NCBI GenBank assembly: GCA_965648905.1
Contig: CBFGIT010000007.1
Coordinates: 1 to 64,000, forward strand
Origin: a candidate division WOR-3 bacterium
Lineage (GTDB): Bacteria; Hydrothermota; Tepidihabitantia; Tepidihabitantales; Tepidihabitantaceae
Length of the DNA: 64,000 nt
Direction of reading: 5' to 3'
Part shown: positions 1 to 8,693 of the stretch, in pieces
Position numbering within the stretch: the stretch's first letter is position 1
Layout: each line of letters begins with the position of its first letter
The notes under the pieces: model-generated
Seen by the model: only the letters and a program-made list of their open reading frames with translations
Database searches by the model: none
What the model was told of the DNA's origin: nothing
Translations under genes and position numbers: made by a program

Positions 1-45
1 GTCAAAGCCTCGGTACCATCTCCTTTCAGAGTTAGAGATGGTCAT
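1..45 (-). CDS. Possible 5' end of a gene running off the window (MTISNSERRWYRGFD...)
   Basis: GGAGG 6 nt before an ATG at 45; frame open to the window edge; only 15 codons visible. Confidence 0.3.
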   Translation of the reverse strand, partial: MTISNSERRWYRGFD

Positions 46-58
46 ATTGTGCCTCCGT

Positions 59-121
59 TTCGAGTAGATTTCCTATGTGAGGCAACGGGGTGGCTTCGAG
101 TAGATTTCTCGTGAGGCAACG
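59..121. repeat. Imperfect direct repeat, 2 copies starting 36 bp apart
   Basis: TTCGAGTAGATTTC-ctat-GTGAGGCAACG (59-87) and TTCGAGTAGATTTC-tc-GTGAGGCAACG (95-121). Confidence 0.8.
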
Positions 122-128
122 CGCTTTT

Positions 129-157
129 TTGACGCAGGTGCGTCCCTCTGATACAAT
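129..157 (+). promoter_or_regulatory. Sigma70-type promoter
   Basis: TTGACG-N17-TACAAT with TG extension, upstream of the gene at 203. Confidence 0.6.
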
Positions 158-202
158 GAATGAGTCTTGTGAAAACGGCCAACCTGTCGGGAAGAGAACT
201 CC

Positions 203-1363
203 TTGAGAATACCGTGTTCCAGCCAGTTGACAATTGCCGTGTTGTTCGCCGTGCTGCCGGGAGTGCCGGCAGCCGATGTCGTCGACGCAGTCTGGATGCG
301 GCGCTATGCCCAGCCCGGGTACTGCCACGATGAGGCGACCGCGATGTCCGTCGACGCGGCCGGTAACGTCTATGTCACCGGTTCAAGCCAGCGTTTCGAA
401 CAGGGACCGGAGGATTTCGCTACTGTCAAGCACAACTCCGCCGGGGTCCAGCAGTGGGCCGAGCGCTTCGCCGGCCCCGGCAACAGCGTCCCGTCGGCGA
501 TCGCGGTTGACGGCGCGGGCAACGCTGCGGTCTGTGGTTATGTCGACGGCGGCGCAACATCCAACGACTGGACTGCCATCGGCTACTCCCCCGCCGGCGC
601 ACGCCGGTTCGTTACTTCGCGCACCAGCCCGGGCGGTAACCCGGACGAGGCCAACTCCATCGTCGCCGACCCGCGGGGCAACTACTACGTCGCGGGCCGG
701 CACAACTTCCTCAGGGGCATGGACGATGCCACCGTTGTCAAGTACAACTCGGTCGGTGCGGAGCAATGGCTGGTACATTACGACGGGCCGCTCTCCGGTG
801 AGGGCGCGGTCGCGATCTGTCGGGACGCGACCGGCGACCTCTACGCCACCGGCTGGAGCGTCAACCTGCAGGACAATGCTGACGTGCTGACCATGAAGGT
901 CAGCGCAGCCGGCTCCCTTGTCTGGACGAAGCGCTACACCGCGCCCGAGGGTGGCAACGACCTCGGCCTGCGCATCGCGCACGGCGCCAACGGCAGGGTC
1001 TACGCGGTCGGGTCGAGCCACGAGAACGGATCGGGACTCGATATGCTTGTCCTCTGCCTCGACGCCATACCACCCGGTGTGGAGGAACAAAGCCCCAGGC
1101 CTCAAGCTCCAAGTTTCAAGCTCGAACCAACCGTCGTGCGCGGGGTGCTGAACGTGAGGCCTGGGACACGATCCGGATTGTCGGACAATCCGGTCATGTC
1201 CCGCGCTGTGCTCGTCGATGCTTCAGACCGCAAGTTGCTGACTCTCCGCCCGGGCCCAAATGACGTGCGGCACCTCGCGCCCGGGGTCTACTTCATCCGC
1301 CCCACATGGTCAAGCGCCGGTCGAGAACTGCCAGCCATCTGCAGAGCCGTGATCGCACAATAG
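203..1363 (+). CDS. Secreted SBBP/beta-propeller repeat protein with C-terminal sorting-like domain
   Basis: Signal peptide; repeated 'A..VD..GNVYVTG.S' and 'D.ATVKYNS.G..QW' blades; C-terminal 'LRPGPNDVRHLAPGVYF'. Confidence 0.85.
   Translation: MRIPCSSQLTIAVLFAVLPGVPAADVVDAVWMRRYAQPGYCHDEATAMSVDAAGNVYVTGSSQRFEQGPEDFATVKHNSAGVQQWAERFAGPGNSVPSAIAVDGAGNAAVCGYVDGGATSNDWTAIGYSPAGARRFVTSRTSPGGNPDEANSIVADPRGNYYVAGRHNFLRGMDDATVVKYNSVGAEQWLVHYDGPLSGEGAVAICRDATGDLYATGWSVNLQDNADVLTMKVSAAGSLVWTKRYTAPEGGNDLGLRIAHGANGRVYAVGSSHENGSGLDMLVLCLDAIPPGVEEQSPRPQAPSFKLEPTVVRGVLNVRPGTRSGLSDNPVMSRAVLVDASDRKLLTLRPGPNDVRHLAPGVYFIRPTWSSAGRELPAICRAVIAQ
1090..1124 (+). repeat. Degenerate heptamer tandem repeat inside a coding linker
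   Basis: AAGCCCC AGGCCTC AAGCTCC AAGTTTC AAGCTCG. Confidence 0.7.
1163..1202. repeat. REP/MITE-like palindrome inside a CDS
   Basis: GGGACACGATCCGGATTGTC-G-GACAATCCGGTCATGTCCC, near-perfect 40-bp inverted repeat. Confidence 0.75.
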
Positions 1364-1369
1364 CAGACA

Positions 1370-2383
1370 ATGAAGGCAGCCGCACGGGACGACCGGGCCT
1401 CGGTAGTCGACTGGCTGCTCTCAGGACCCGCCTGGGTTCAGTACCGGACGCGGCTGGACCTGCTCGGTCAGTCGGAGCAGGATGATAAGGTCAGGCAGGT
1501 GCGCAAGGCGATGCTGGCTGACCAGCAGGTCCGCAGCCTGGTGCAGTCGCTTGCCGACTGGCCTGGACCTGCGCTGACCAGCCACAAGTCAGCCGGGCAC
1601 TGCCTACACCGGCTGGAATTCCTCGCCGACCTCGGGCTCCGGGCAGAAGACCCGGGCATGGCCACAATCACGAAGCGCATCCTGAAGCACCAATCCGAGC
1701 AGGGCCCGTTCCAGGTTCTGATGAACATCCCCAAGCACTTCGGTGGCACCGGAAAGGACATGTTCGCCTGGGCGCTGTGCGACGCACCGGTCCTGCTCTA
1801 CTGCCTGCTGAGGCTCGGGCTGGGCAAAGACCCGCACGTGCGGCAGGCGGGCGAGTACTTGGTCGGACTGGTGCGGAACAACGGCTGGCCATGCGCCGTC
1901 TCACGCGAGCTGGGCCGGTTCCGGGGCCCGGGTCGCAAGGATGACCCCTGTCCTTATGCAACGCTTGTGACGCTCAAAGCCCTGGCCCGGGACGATGAGT
2001 GGCGCGAGAGCAGGGCCGCGCGAACCGGGGTAGAAGCCCTGCTCGACCTGTGGGCTCGCAGTCGGAAAGCACATCCGTATATGTTCTTCATGGGCACCGA
2101 CTTCCGCAAGCTGAAGGCGCCGCTGTTGTGGTACGACATACTGCACGTGCTCGACGTGCTGACGCAGTTTCCGCTGTCCCACAAAGACCCCCGCCTGCTC
2201 GACATGTCAGGTGCAGTAGCGGCGAAGGCCGACGGGCTGGGGCGGTTCACGCCCGAGTCGGCCTGGCAGGCATGGGTTGGCTGGGAGTTCGCCCAGAAGA
2301 AAGAGCCTTCGCGCTGGCTCACGCTTGTCTGCTGTCGGTCGCTCGACCGACTGGGGCTGCCGCGCCGCGCCAGCAGGCGATAG
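1370..2383 (+). CDS. Conserved hypothetical protein, prenyltransferase/squalene-cyclase repeat-like (alpha-alpha toroid)
   Basis: 337 aa; 'ILKHQSEQGPF', 'NNGWPC', 'F.KLKAPLLWYDILHVLDVL' motifs. Confidence 0.7.
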   Translation: MKAAARDDRASVVDWLLSGPAWVQYRTRLDLLGQSEQDDKVRQVRKAMLADQQVRSLVQSLADWPGPALTSHKSAGHCLHRLEFLADLGLRAEDPGMATITKRILKHQSEQGPFQVLMNIPKHFGGTGKDMFAWALCDAPVLLYCLLRLGLGKDPHVRQAGEYLVGLVRNNGWPCAVSRELGRFRGPGRKDDPCPYATLVTLKALARDDEWRESRAARTGVEALLDLWARSRKAHPYMFFMGTDFRKLKAPLLWYDILHVLDVLTQFPLSHKDPRLLDMSGAVAAKADGLGRFTPESAWQAWVGWEFAQKKEPSRWLTLVCCRSLDRLGLPRRASRR

Positions 2384-2487
2384 CTACCTGAACCGCGAGT
2401 TTGGCATTCCGCTATAGGTCAGGCAGAGCCAGCGGAAGAAAGCAACCAGGCCGCTCCCACAGCAGGGTCGCCACCGTCCTGAGTCAG

Positions 2488-2522
2488 TTCCGCATTCTGA
2501 TTCCTGACTTCTGGCTTCGCCC
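2488..2522. repeat. Degenerate heptamer tract
   Basis: TTCCGCA TTCTGAT TCCTGAC TTCTGGC TTCGCCC. Confidence 0.55.
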
Positions 2523-2668
2523 GGCTGCTCAACCAGCCCGAGCATGTTCAGACGGTTCGGTGTCACGACACTAGTTTACACATATTGTAACCCACTGGTA
2601 ACCGGGGTTTCAGCTCAACCAGTTGTCGTCCTGTCACTTAGCTCAATACCACATTTCAGGTGGGGACG

Positions 2669-2980
2669 GTCTCCCTTGCCACTTGGAGCGCGGCTTTGGT
2701 CGTCGCCGAGAGAGCGGCTTGGCCGGCCCTAATCCCAGTCGCTCGGGCCGGCGACGGCCCTGGCGCTCTCCTTGCCGAGACCTCTGCCCCCGCGCCCGTC
2801 GCTCCGTTCCTGGCTCGGCTCCTGGCCGGCTGCGTCGCTCCGACCTGCGCTCGGGCCTAGGTTCTGGCCGTGGTTCTGGCCGTGGTTGGCACCGCCGCTT
2901 GCCTCGTTGCTTCAGACGCAGCGCCGCACTACGCCGGCCTCAGCGCGGGCCAATGTGCTTTGCCTGTAGCTTGACTGACT
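2669..2980. repeat. Degenerate 12-bp periodic array (26 units)
   Basis: Cut into 12-mers from 2669, 23 of 26 units start with G and 12 with GCT; includes exact GTTCTGGCCGTG x2. Confidence 0.8.
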
Positions 2981-3135
2981 CCAGGTCGAGCCATTCGCCC
3001 GCAGCCGGGCCCGGACCACGAGCAGCGGTCTGGGTCTGTCAGGTCAACAATAGTCGGGCGTTGGTCCGCGGGGTCAGCACCGGCGTGACAGCCTGATGCG
3101 ATGGAAGACTTCGCCGCCGCCGTCAGGGTCTGCTT

Positions 3136-4899
3136 TCACTCGAACACCACCTTGGCGACTCGGCAGTCTGCGTCGGCCTGTAGCCGCAGGAAGAGGACGC
3201 CGGACGGTGGACGGGGACGGAGCGGAACTGAATAGGAGCCGGGCTGGTGCGGACCGGACGCCAGTTCAGACATGACACGGCCGGTGGCGTCGACCAGAGT
3301 CAGACTGACATCTGAGGCCACCGGTACGTCGTAGCGGACGAACGCGCGCTCACCGATGGGGTTCTGGCTGACTGAGAGGGACCAGTTGGCCGGAGTCGGG
3401 ACCGGCGCCTCGCAGGCTCCCACCGGCGCAATCTGGAAAGCCCGGTATGACTCGTCAAACTGCCAGCCGGGACCGTAGGCGATGGCCAGAATCTTGGCCC
3501 AGGCCAACGTCATTTCCGGCACGACCCATAGGTAGCTCGACTCAGTCGGGGCCAAGCCCGTGACAATCGTGTCCAGTCGCCAGAACCACTCACCAGTCGG
3601 CACGATTGTATCGGTCAACAGGAACAGCGACACCGAGTCGCATCGGGGCGGAGAAAGCACCTGCCAGCGTATCTCGCAAGTGTCGCCTGAGCGAAGGAAG
3701 TGGTTCGTGTCCGGGCTAAGCACCCGGATGCACTCGACTTCGAGCACAATGCTCGTCGGGTCTCCGGCGACGTAGATTTCCTTATACCCGTTGTGGTTGA
3801 AGTCCGCCGCGTTGCAGACGCTGACCGACCCGCTGGCCATGCGCCAGTTGCTGACTTTCTCATACTCGTGCGGCCCGACCGCCTCTAGAATCAGCACCCG
3901 GCGTCCGCAACTCCAGACGATTTCCTCAAGGCTGTCTCCATCAACGTCCGCGCAAAGACTCATACCGTCGTCATAGTCATAGCCGTACGCTGTATCCACC
4001 GTGTCGCAGTAGTATTGATGCTCGGCCGTCGCTTCAAACTGGCGAAGCGCATGCAGGCGCCGCATCCCACCCAGCGGTACGTGGGCGCTCTCAAAGAACT
4101 CGAGCCTGCCGTTTCGGTCCACATCCTGTCCGGAGAACCGGTCATAGGGAATACCCTCCCAGTCCACGGCCAACGAGCAGACCAACAGATACCGGTTGTC
4201 GCCCACACATTCGATAACGTACTCCTGGTCTCGGTACAAGTTCCTGAACGTGTACTCCACCCGGCCGTTCCGGTCGAAGTCGCCTATGGTCGGAAACCAG
4301 TGTGCAAAAGCACCCCAGGTCACGCACACGAGGCTGCACCGGTTGTCGCCCGTGCACTCAAAGACAGCGGAAGACTCTTCTGTCCACGACGAGACGATGT
4401 CCACAGCCGAATCCCCGTCGAGGTCGGCGTACTGCGCAGGAAGGAAGGCTCCGTGCGGAACGGGGTATGTCGTCCGCCAAACCAGCGAATCAGGATAGGA
4501 GTGCACATCGCGGCTCTCAAAGATGCCCAGCCCTTCACGAAATTGCCCTGCACTGTCACGGTAGGGTGCCTGCCCCGCGACGTCGGTCAAGCCATCGTTG
4601 TCAACGTCACCGACCGTAAGCAGGTCGAGGTTTCCAAGGTAGATGGTCTCTGAGAGCGGCCAGTGAGAGCTGTCGGAGAAGACTAAGAGGTAGCGGTTGA
4701 CGGGCTGGTACTTCGCAATCTGGAAGCCCGCGGAGTTAGTGACGGCAACCTCGCCATACCCGTCGTGGTCCAGGTCCGAGAGCTGCAGCCTTGGGAAGGA
4801 GTAGCAGGGTGCGACTGGCAACGTTGACACCTGCTTCAGTCCCAATTGGGTAGCAGCACTCAGGGTCACCGTCACCGACAGTAGGTTCATCACTCGCAT
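3136..4899 (-). CDS. Secreted FG-GAP/VCBS repeat protein with C-terminal T9SS-like sorting domain
   Basis: Multiple D.D.DG..E/D motifs (DLDHDGYGE, DVDNDGLTD, DFNHNGYKE); C-terminal 'NP...YDVP...LVDATGR...SGVLFLRL'. Confidence 0.85.
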   Translation of the reverse strand: MRVMNLLSVTVTLSAATQLGLKQVSTLPVAPCYSFPRLQLSDLDHDGYGEVAVTNSAGFQIAKYQPVNRYLLVFSDSSHWPLSETIYLGNLDLLTVGDVDNDGLTDVAGQAPYRDSAGQFREGLGIFESRDVHSYPDSLVWRTTYPVPHGAFLPAQYADLDGDSAVDIVSSWTEESSAVFECTGDNRCSLVCVTWGAFAHWFPTIGDFDRNGRVEYTFRNLYRDQEYVIECVGDNRYLLVCSLAVDWEGIPYDRFSGQDVDRNGRLEFFESAHVPLGGMRRLHALRQFEATAEHQYYCDTVDTAYGYDYDDGMSLCADVDGDSLEEIVWSCGRRVLILEAVGPHEYEKVSNWRMASGSVSVCNAADFNHNGYKEIYVAGDPTSIVLEVECIRVLSPDTNHFLRSGDTCEIRWQVLSPPRCDSVSLFLLTDTIVPTGEWFWRLDTIVTGLAPTESSYLWVVPEMTLAWAKILAIAYGPGWQFDESYRAFQIAPVGACEAPVPTPANWSLSVSQNPIGERAFVRYDVPVASDVSLTLVDATGRVMSELASGPHQPGSYSVPLRPRPPSGVLFLRLQADADCRVAKVVFE

Positions 4900-4912
4900 G
4901 GCTTTGTCCTGG

Positions 4913-4943
4913 GAAGGGCGGGGAGGAATCCTCCCCGCCCTTC
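4913..4943. terminator. GC-rich hairpin between co-directional genes
   Basis: GAAGGGCGGGGAGGA-A-TCCTCCCCGCCCTTC perfect inverted repeat; no U-tract on the minus strand. Confidence 0.55.
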
Positions 4944-4953
4944 TCTTCGCATC

Positions 4954-6410
4954 CTACTGCGTCAGGACTACCTTGCGAGCCTGGTTGCATCCGTCGTCTG
5001 CGACGCGAACCAGGTACGCACTGGCTGGGACTCGACGCCCGGCATCGTCCAGCCCGTTCCAGCTTACCGCACTCGTCCCGTAGGCAAGAGCACTGGATGC
5101 CAAACTCCGCACGTGTCGGCCGCCTGTGTCGAAGACATCGATGGCGACCCGACGCGGTGCCGAAGCTTCCAGATGAACTGCCGTCCCGGTCTTAGATAGA
5201 GTCACGCCCGTGACCAGGATTCGCACATCACCGTCGTTGTCGCCACTCAGACCAGCATCAAGGCCGTCCAGCGTGCGCCGGTAAGAGCAGTACTGGAACA
5301 GCTTCATTTCGGCCAGCACGGCGTAGTCGCCTACGAGCCTCCGGATATCGAGGTCTACGGCTCCGTCCCTCGCGTACTTGTCGCGTGGGACGTACACGGA
5401 GACTATCTCCGGCACCTCCGGTCGGAACCGGACCTTCTTGACCTGCTGACCGTCAAAGGCGAAGCTCTGCTCCCAGGTGTCCCTGCCGACCTGAAAGAGC
5501 ACAGCCTCAACTCGGTAGTCGTAGTTCGGATTCAGGTAGCACAGCCGGTACTTCAGGCTGTCGCGGCCGAAGTCGACCGAGAAGTCGCGCCAGCGTCGGA
5601 AACCATCCCGGGCACGGCAGTAGCGCGACTTCACCGAGTCGCCGACCCAGGCGTTGTAGTATGCCAGGTCTTGGAAACCACCATCCGGCGGCAGCGGCCA
5701 GAAGAAATCACGATGGAACCGCACCTCGTATGGCGATGGTGAGCCAGGGGCTGTTGCGCTAGTCCAGACATAGGAGAGGATAAGCTCTGGGATCGTTGTC
5801 AGCTCGGCAACGACGCTCGGGTACACCGACATGTAGTCGTCTTGCTGAATCTGACGAGGCCAGAGCTCCTTGAACAGGCAAGCCCAGACGTCCTCGTCTT
5901 GCGGCGGGTTCAGGTCCTGTTGATGCCAGACGCACGCCAAAAGGGTGTACGCAACATAGACGGCTGGCGTCCCAAGAAGCAGGTCGTGTCTTGTCGCCAT
6001 AGACGGCGGTGCAACTGCCTTGTCCGGACACGCCACAAACGTCAGCCACTTGCCTGGTGAAGGGGGCGGGTCTACCTTCAAGGCGGTCAGAACTATCGAA
6101 TCCGGCTCCCGCCAGTAGCTCACCCAGACGTGGTCATCTTCGCACGCGATGCAGGGATTCATACCCGTACCTACGTATTCGGGCGGAGACCAGCTAAGGC
6201 CCTGGTCCGTGGAGTACGAGTAGAGCACGTCGGAAAGAGCATCTCCCTTGTACTGGTAGACGAGGTGAAGCCAGCCGGTTGTGGGGTCCAGCGCCAGGTG
6301 GCGGCCCTGGTTGAATGCGGTGGCGTATTGGGTCTCTGTTGGGAACGACTGTCCAACCACCGCAACAGAAGCCCGACCACTGCGAACATGATACAGATGC
6401 TTCTGACCAT
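4954..6410 (-). pseudogene. Secreted protein with FlgD-like C-terminal domain, frameshifted in the signal peptide
   Basis: AAGGAGG RBS and ATG at 6410 give MVRSICIMFAVVG, but the mature part (ASVAVVGQSFPTETQYATAFNQGRHL...WNGLDDAGRRVPASAYLVRV) is in another frame from about 6372. Confidence 0.65.
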
Positions 6411-6519
6411 GAGAACCTCCTTGATGGTCATGAGAACATCTCTTCGGGAGGGCGGCAAGTTCGTGCGGCGGGCCACCGCTAGGTAGCTCACGCACGCCAG
6501 CAGCCAGGGGGGCACAAAC

Positions 6520-6783
6520 CAGCCCGTCCCCGTGCCGGCTCACTCGCCGTCTTCCCAAGGCCAGTCTAGGCGGGATTCGCCAAACGTCAAGCAAACGCGC
6601 CGTGAGGCGCCGCGGGTGGCGCGGTTGAACCCGGCCTACTCTACACCGCGGGCCGCGACGTCGCCGACCTCTGTCCCGGCCCGACCGACATCCTTCGGTC
6701 TGCCCTGGCGTGCACTTCGTGCGGTGGACGTCTGCCGCAGGGCGCGAGGCGTCCGCGGTCGCCCGGGTTCTGTTTCCGCCGCA
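6520..6783. repeat. Probable degenerate 12-bp periodic array overlapping the GNAT 3' end
   Basis: C at position 5 in 15 of 22 dodecamers, including 10 consecutive (6592-6711). Confidence 0.4.
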
Positions 6784-7232
6784 GCAGCGGCGGCTATCGC
6801 CAGCCGGAAGAAGACCTCGCCGCCGCCGTCAGGGTTTATCTTGTCAATGTACCCGATGCGCTCGAAACCGAGCGCCCGGTGCCAGGCACGACCGAGCCTG
6901 TTCTCTGGGATAGTCGAGCTGTAGAGGAACTTCTCTTTGCGGCGACTGAGCATCCGGCAGATGTACTCAAGCAAGGCGACTGCCACACCCTGCCGCCGTA
7001 CTTCCGGCTCAACCCAAAGCGAGGTGAGAAACGGCGTCTTGCCCCAGAGATACTCGAGCCGGGCCATACCGATGCGGCTGCCACCCAGTTCAGCCACAAA
7101 CACATCGCCCTCGCGAATCATCCGCCGCACGGACCGAACCGGTATCCCCCGGTCACGATGGACGAACGCCAGGTCTGACGCCTTCGCGCATCGGATGCGA
7201 ATGCGCTGTTTTCTGCGAACCGAAGTGGCCAC
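6636..7232 (-). CDS. GNAT family N-acetyltransferase
   Basis: Motif A 'LWVEPEVRRQGVA', 'N..GRAWHRALGF'; start uncertain (GTG 7232 chosen); low-complexity C-terminal tail. Confidence 0.8.
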   Translation of the reverse strand: MATSVRRKQRIRIRCAKASDLAFVHRDRGIPVRSVRRMIREGDVFVAELGGSRIGMARLEYLWGKTPFLTSLWVEPEVRRQGVAVALLEYICRMLSRRKEKFLYSSTIPENRLGRAWHRALGFERIGYIDKINPDGGGEVFFRLAIAAAAAAETEPGRPRTPRALRQTSTARSARQGRPKDVGRAGTEVGDVAARGVE

Positions 7233-7248
7233 CGCCGGTAAGAGCTGG

Positions 7249-8649
7249 TCAGGTAGTGAGCTGGAGCCGACCGAAACGGGCCGCAAGCGGGCCGTAGAAG
7301 CCATTGCGATGCTGGTCTTCGCGGGAATAGTGCACATCGGCCAGCGCCGCAAACCAGTTGCCGACAAGAAGTCCGCCCTTGAACGGCGTGACACCATCAT
7401 GGCCGCGGACCTCGCCGAGCCGGACTTCACAGGCAAAGTCGCCTGAAGTTGAGTCAACTTCCCACGATGAGAACGCGTGCACTACCAGGCAGTCACCTGA
7501 GCAGAGTTCGTCAACCGTCCGCGTTCCCGGCGGGATGACCGTGTTGCCGATTGTCCCCGGCGGCTCGACACCCTGTGCCAGCAGGCCCAGATAATGGAAG
7601 TAACGCTGACTCCCAAGCAGACGGTCGAAACACCCGTTGGTAGCAAGCGCGGCACGGCGGCAAGGCGTACCGTCGACGTCTGAGACAACCGCGCTGCGCA
7701 GCCCGAACGGAACAAGCGGGTCGGAAACAAGGTTGAGCGGCTCGCCCCTGAGCGACTCGACGCCGGTAACAGGCCGGCCCGGGACGTAGCGGGCCGACTT
7801 CTCGTAGACCATACGTGCACTGGAGTGGAACGCAAGCGGAGTACGCTCGATTTCAAAGGCGTCGGCCATTGCCTCGCCCCGGAGCACGACCGGACCATTC
7901 CATGACCGCGGGGCGCGCGCCAACGCAACCTTGCCGGCCGCGACTGCATACTCGTCAACGACTCGTTCGACTTCAATGTCACTGAGCCGACGCGCACTGA
8001 GCCTCATGGTAAGTTCGCCGGCACGCTCCTCATCCGGACGGGCAAGCAGACAGACCTCAGCGTCGACCCGGGTGGTCGGGAAGGTGACACTGATGCCGGT
8101 GCTACTCTCGAAACGGCATCTGTGGCGTCGGATGAACAGTTCGAGGTTCGAAACTGCGACCCTATCATGCCGGGCTGCAGCCGCGATGATTTTCTCATTG
8201 AGCTCCTGCGCCCGGCTCAGGAGTTCGTTCCATCCCAGGTCGGCAAGTTCCGGGTCAACCAAAGCCGGGCATACCACCCCGCTCCGGTCTGGTTCAGGGA
8301 GCGGGAACGGCCGGTTGCGCTGGTTTCGGGCCGCCTCGACGAGTTCTGCCGTGACCTTCTTGACCACAACCTCTTCGCCGGACAGCACCTGGCCGGTAGC
8401 ATCGCCGAGCCACTCGCTGCCGTCGGCATCAAAGCGGGAATAGACTGTCAGGTGCAGGGTCTCTCCGGGTGAAATGATGACCTCGCGCGGAGCCGGATTC
8501 GGAAACGATGTCAGCCGGCCGGCCTCAATCGAGTAGATGCGCGGCAGGCGGATGACGGTTATCGCGTCGGTCACCACATGCCTCAGGAACCAGCCGGAAA
8601 CGCCGCCCAGCCCGGCCAGATGACGCTTGACCTTGTCAAGCGCAATCAT
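7249..8649 (-). CDS. TldE/PmbA-like metallopeptidase partner subunit
   Basis: 'DVDGTP', 'VDSTSGDFA', 'GGLLVGN' PmbA-type motifs, no HExxxH; follows tldD; start uncertain. Confidence 0.75.
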   Translation of the reverse strand: MIALDKVKRHLAGLGGVSGWFLRHVVTDAITVIRLPRIYSIEAGRLTSFPNPAPREVIISPGETLHLTVYSRFDADGSEWLGDATGQVLSGEEVVVKKVTAELVEAARNQRNRPFPLPEPDRSGVVCPALVDPELADLGWNELLSRAQELNEKIIAAAARHDRVAVSNLELFIRRHRCRFESSTGISVTFPTTRVDAEVCLLARPDEERAGELTMRLSARRLSDIEVERVVDEYAVAAGKVALARAPRSWNGPVVLRGEAMADAFEIERTPLAFHSSARMVYEKSARYVPGRPVTGVESLRGEPLNLVSDPLVPFGLRSAVVSDVDGTPCRRAALATNGCFDRLLGSQRYFHYLGLLAQGVEPPGTIGNTVIPPGTRTVDELCSGDCLVVHAFSSWEVDSTSGDFACEVRLGEVRGHDGVTPFKGGLLVGNWFAALADVHYSREDQHRNGFYGPLAARFGRLQLTT

Positions 8650-8660
8650 CTGCCTCGGCA

Positions 8661-8681
8661 CTTTGCGCTCTGCATTCTGCA
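8661..8681. repeat. Short heptamer tract between tldD and tldE
   Basis: CTTTGCG CTCTGCA TTCTGCA. Confidence 0.4.
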
Positions 8682-8693
8682 TTGCCTCGATCC

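Noticed and set aside
2384..2420. Possible IS terminal sequence and the 60-aa minus ORF 2384-2566
   Set aside because: No matching inverted repeat or transposase fragment nearby; the ORF includes the heptamer tract.
2574..2591. GTTTACACATATTGTAAC as a second LexA box
   Set aside because: Half-site orientation and spacing differ from GTAAAC-N4-GTTTAC, and no repair gene is adjacent.
2669..2980. CRISPR interpretation of the periodic arrays
   Set aside because: No invariant 23-47 bp repeat with unique spacers, and no cas genes in the window.
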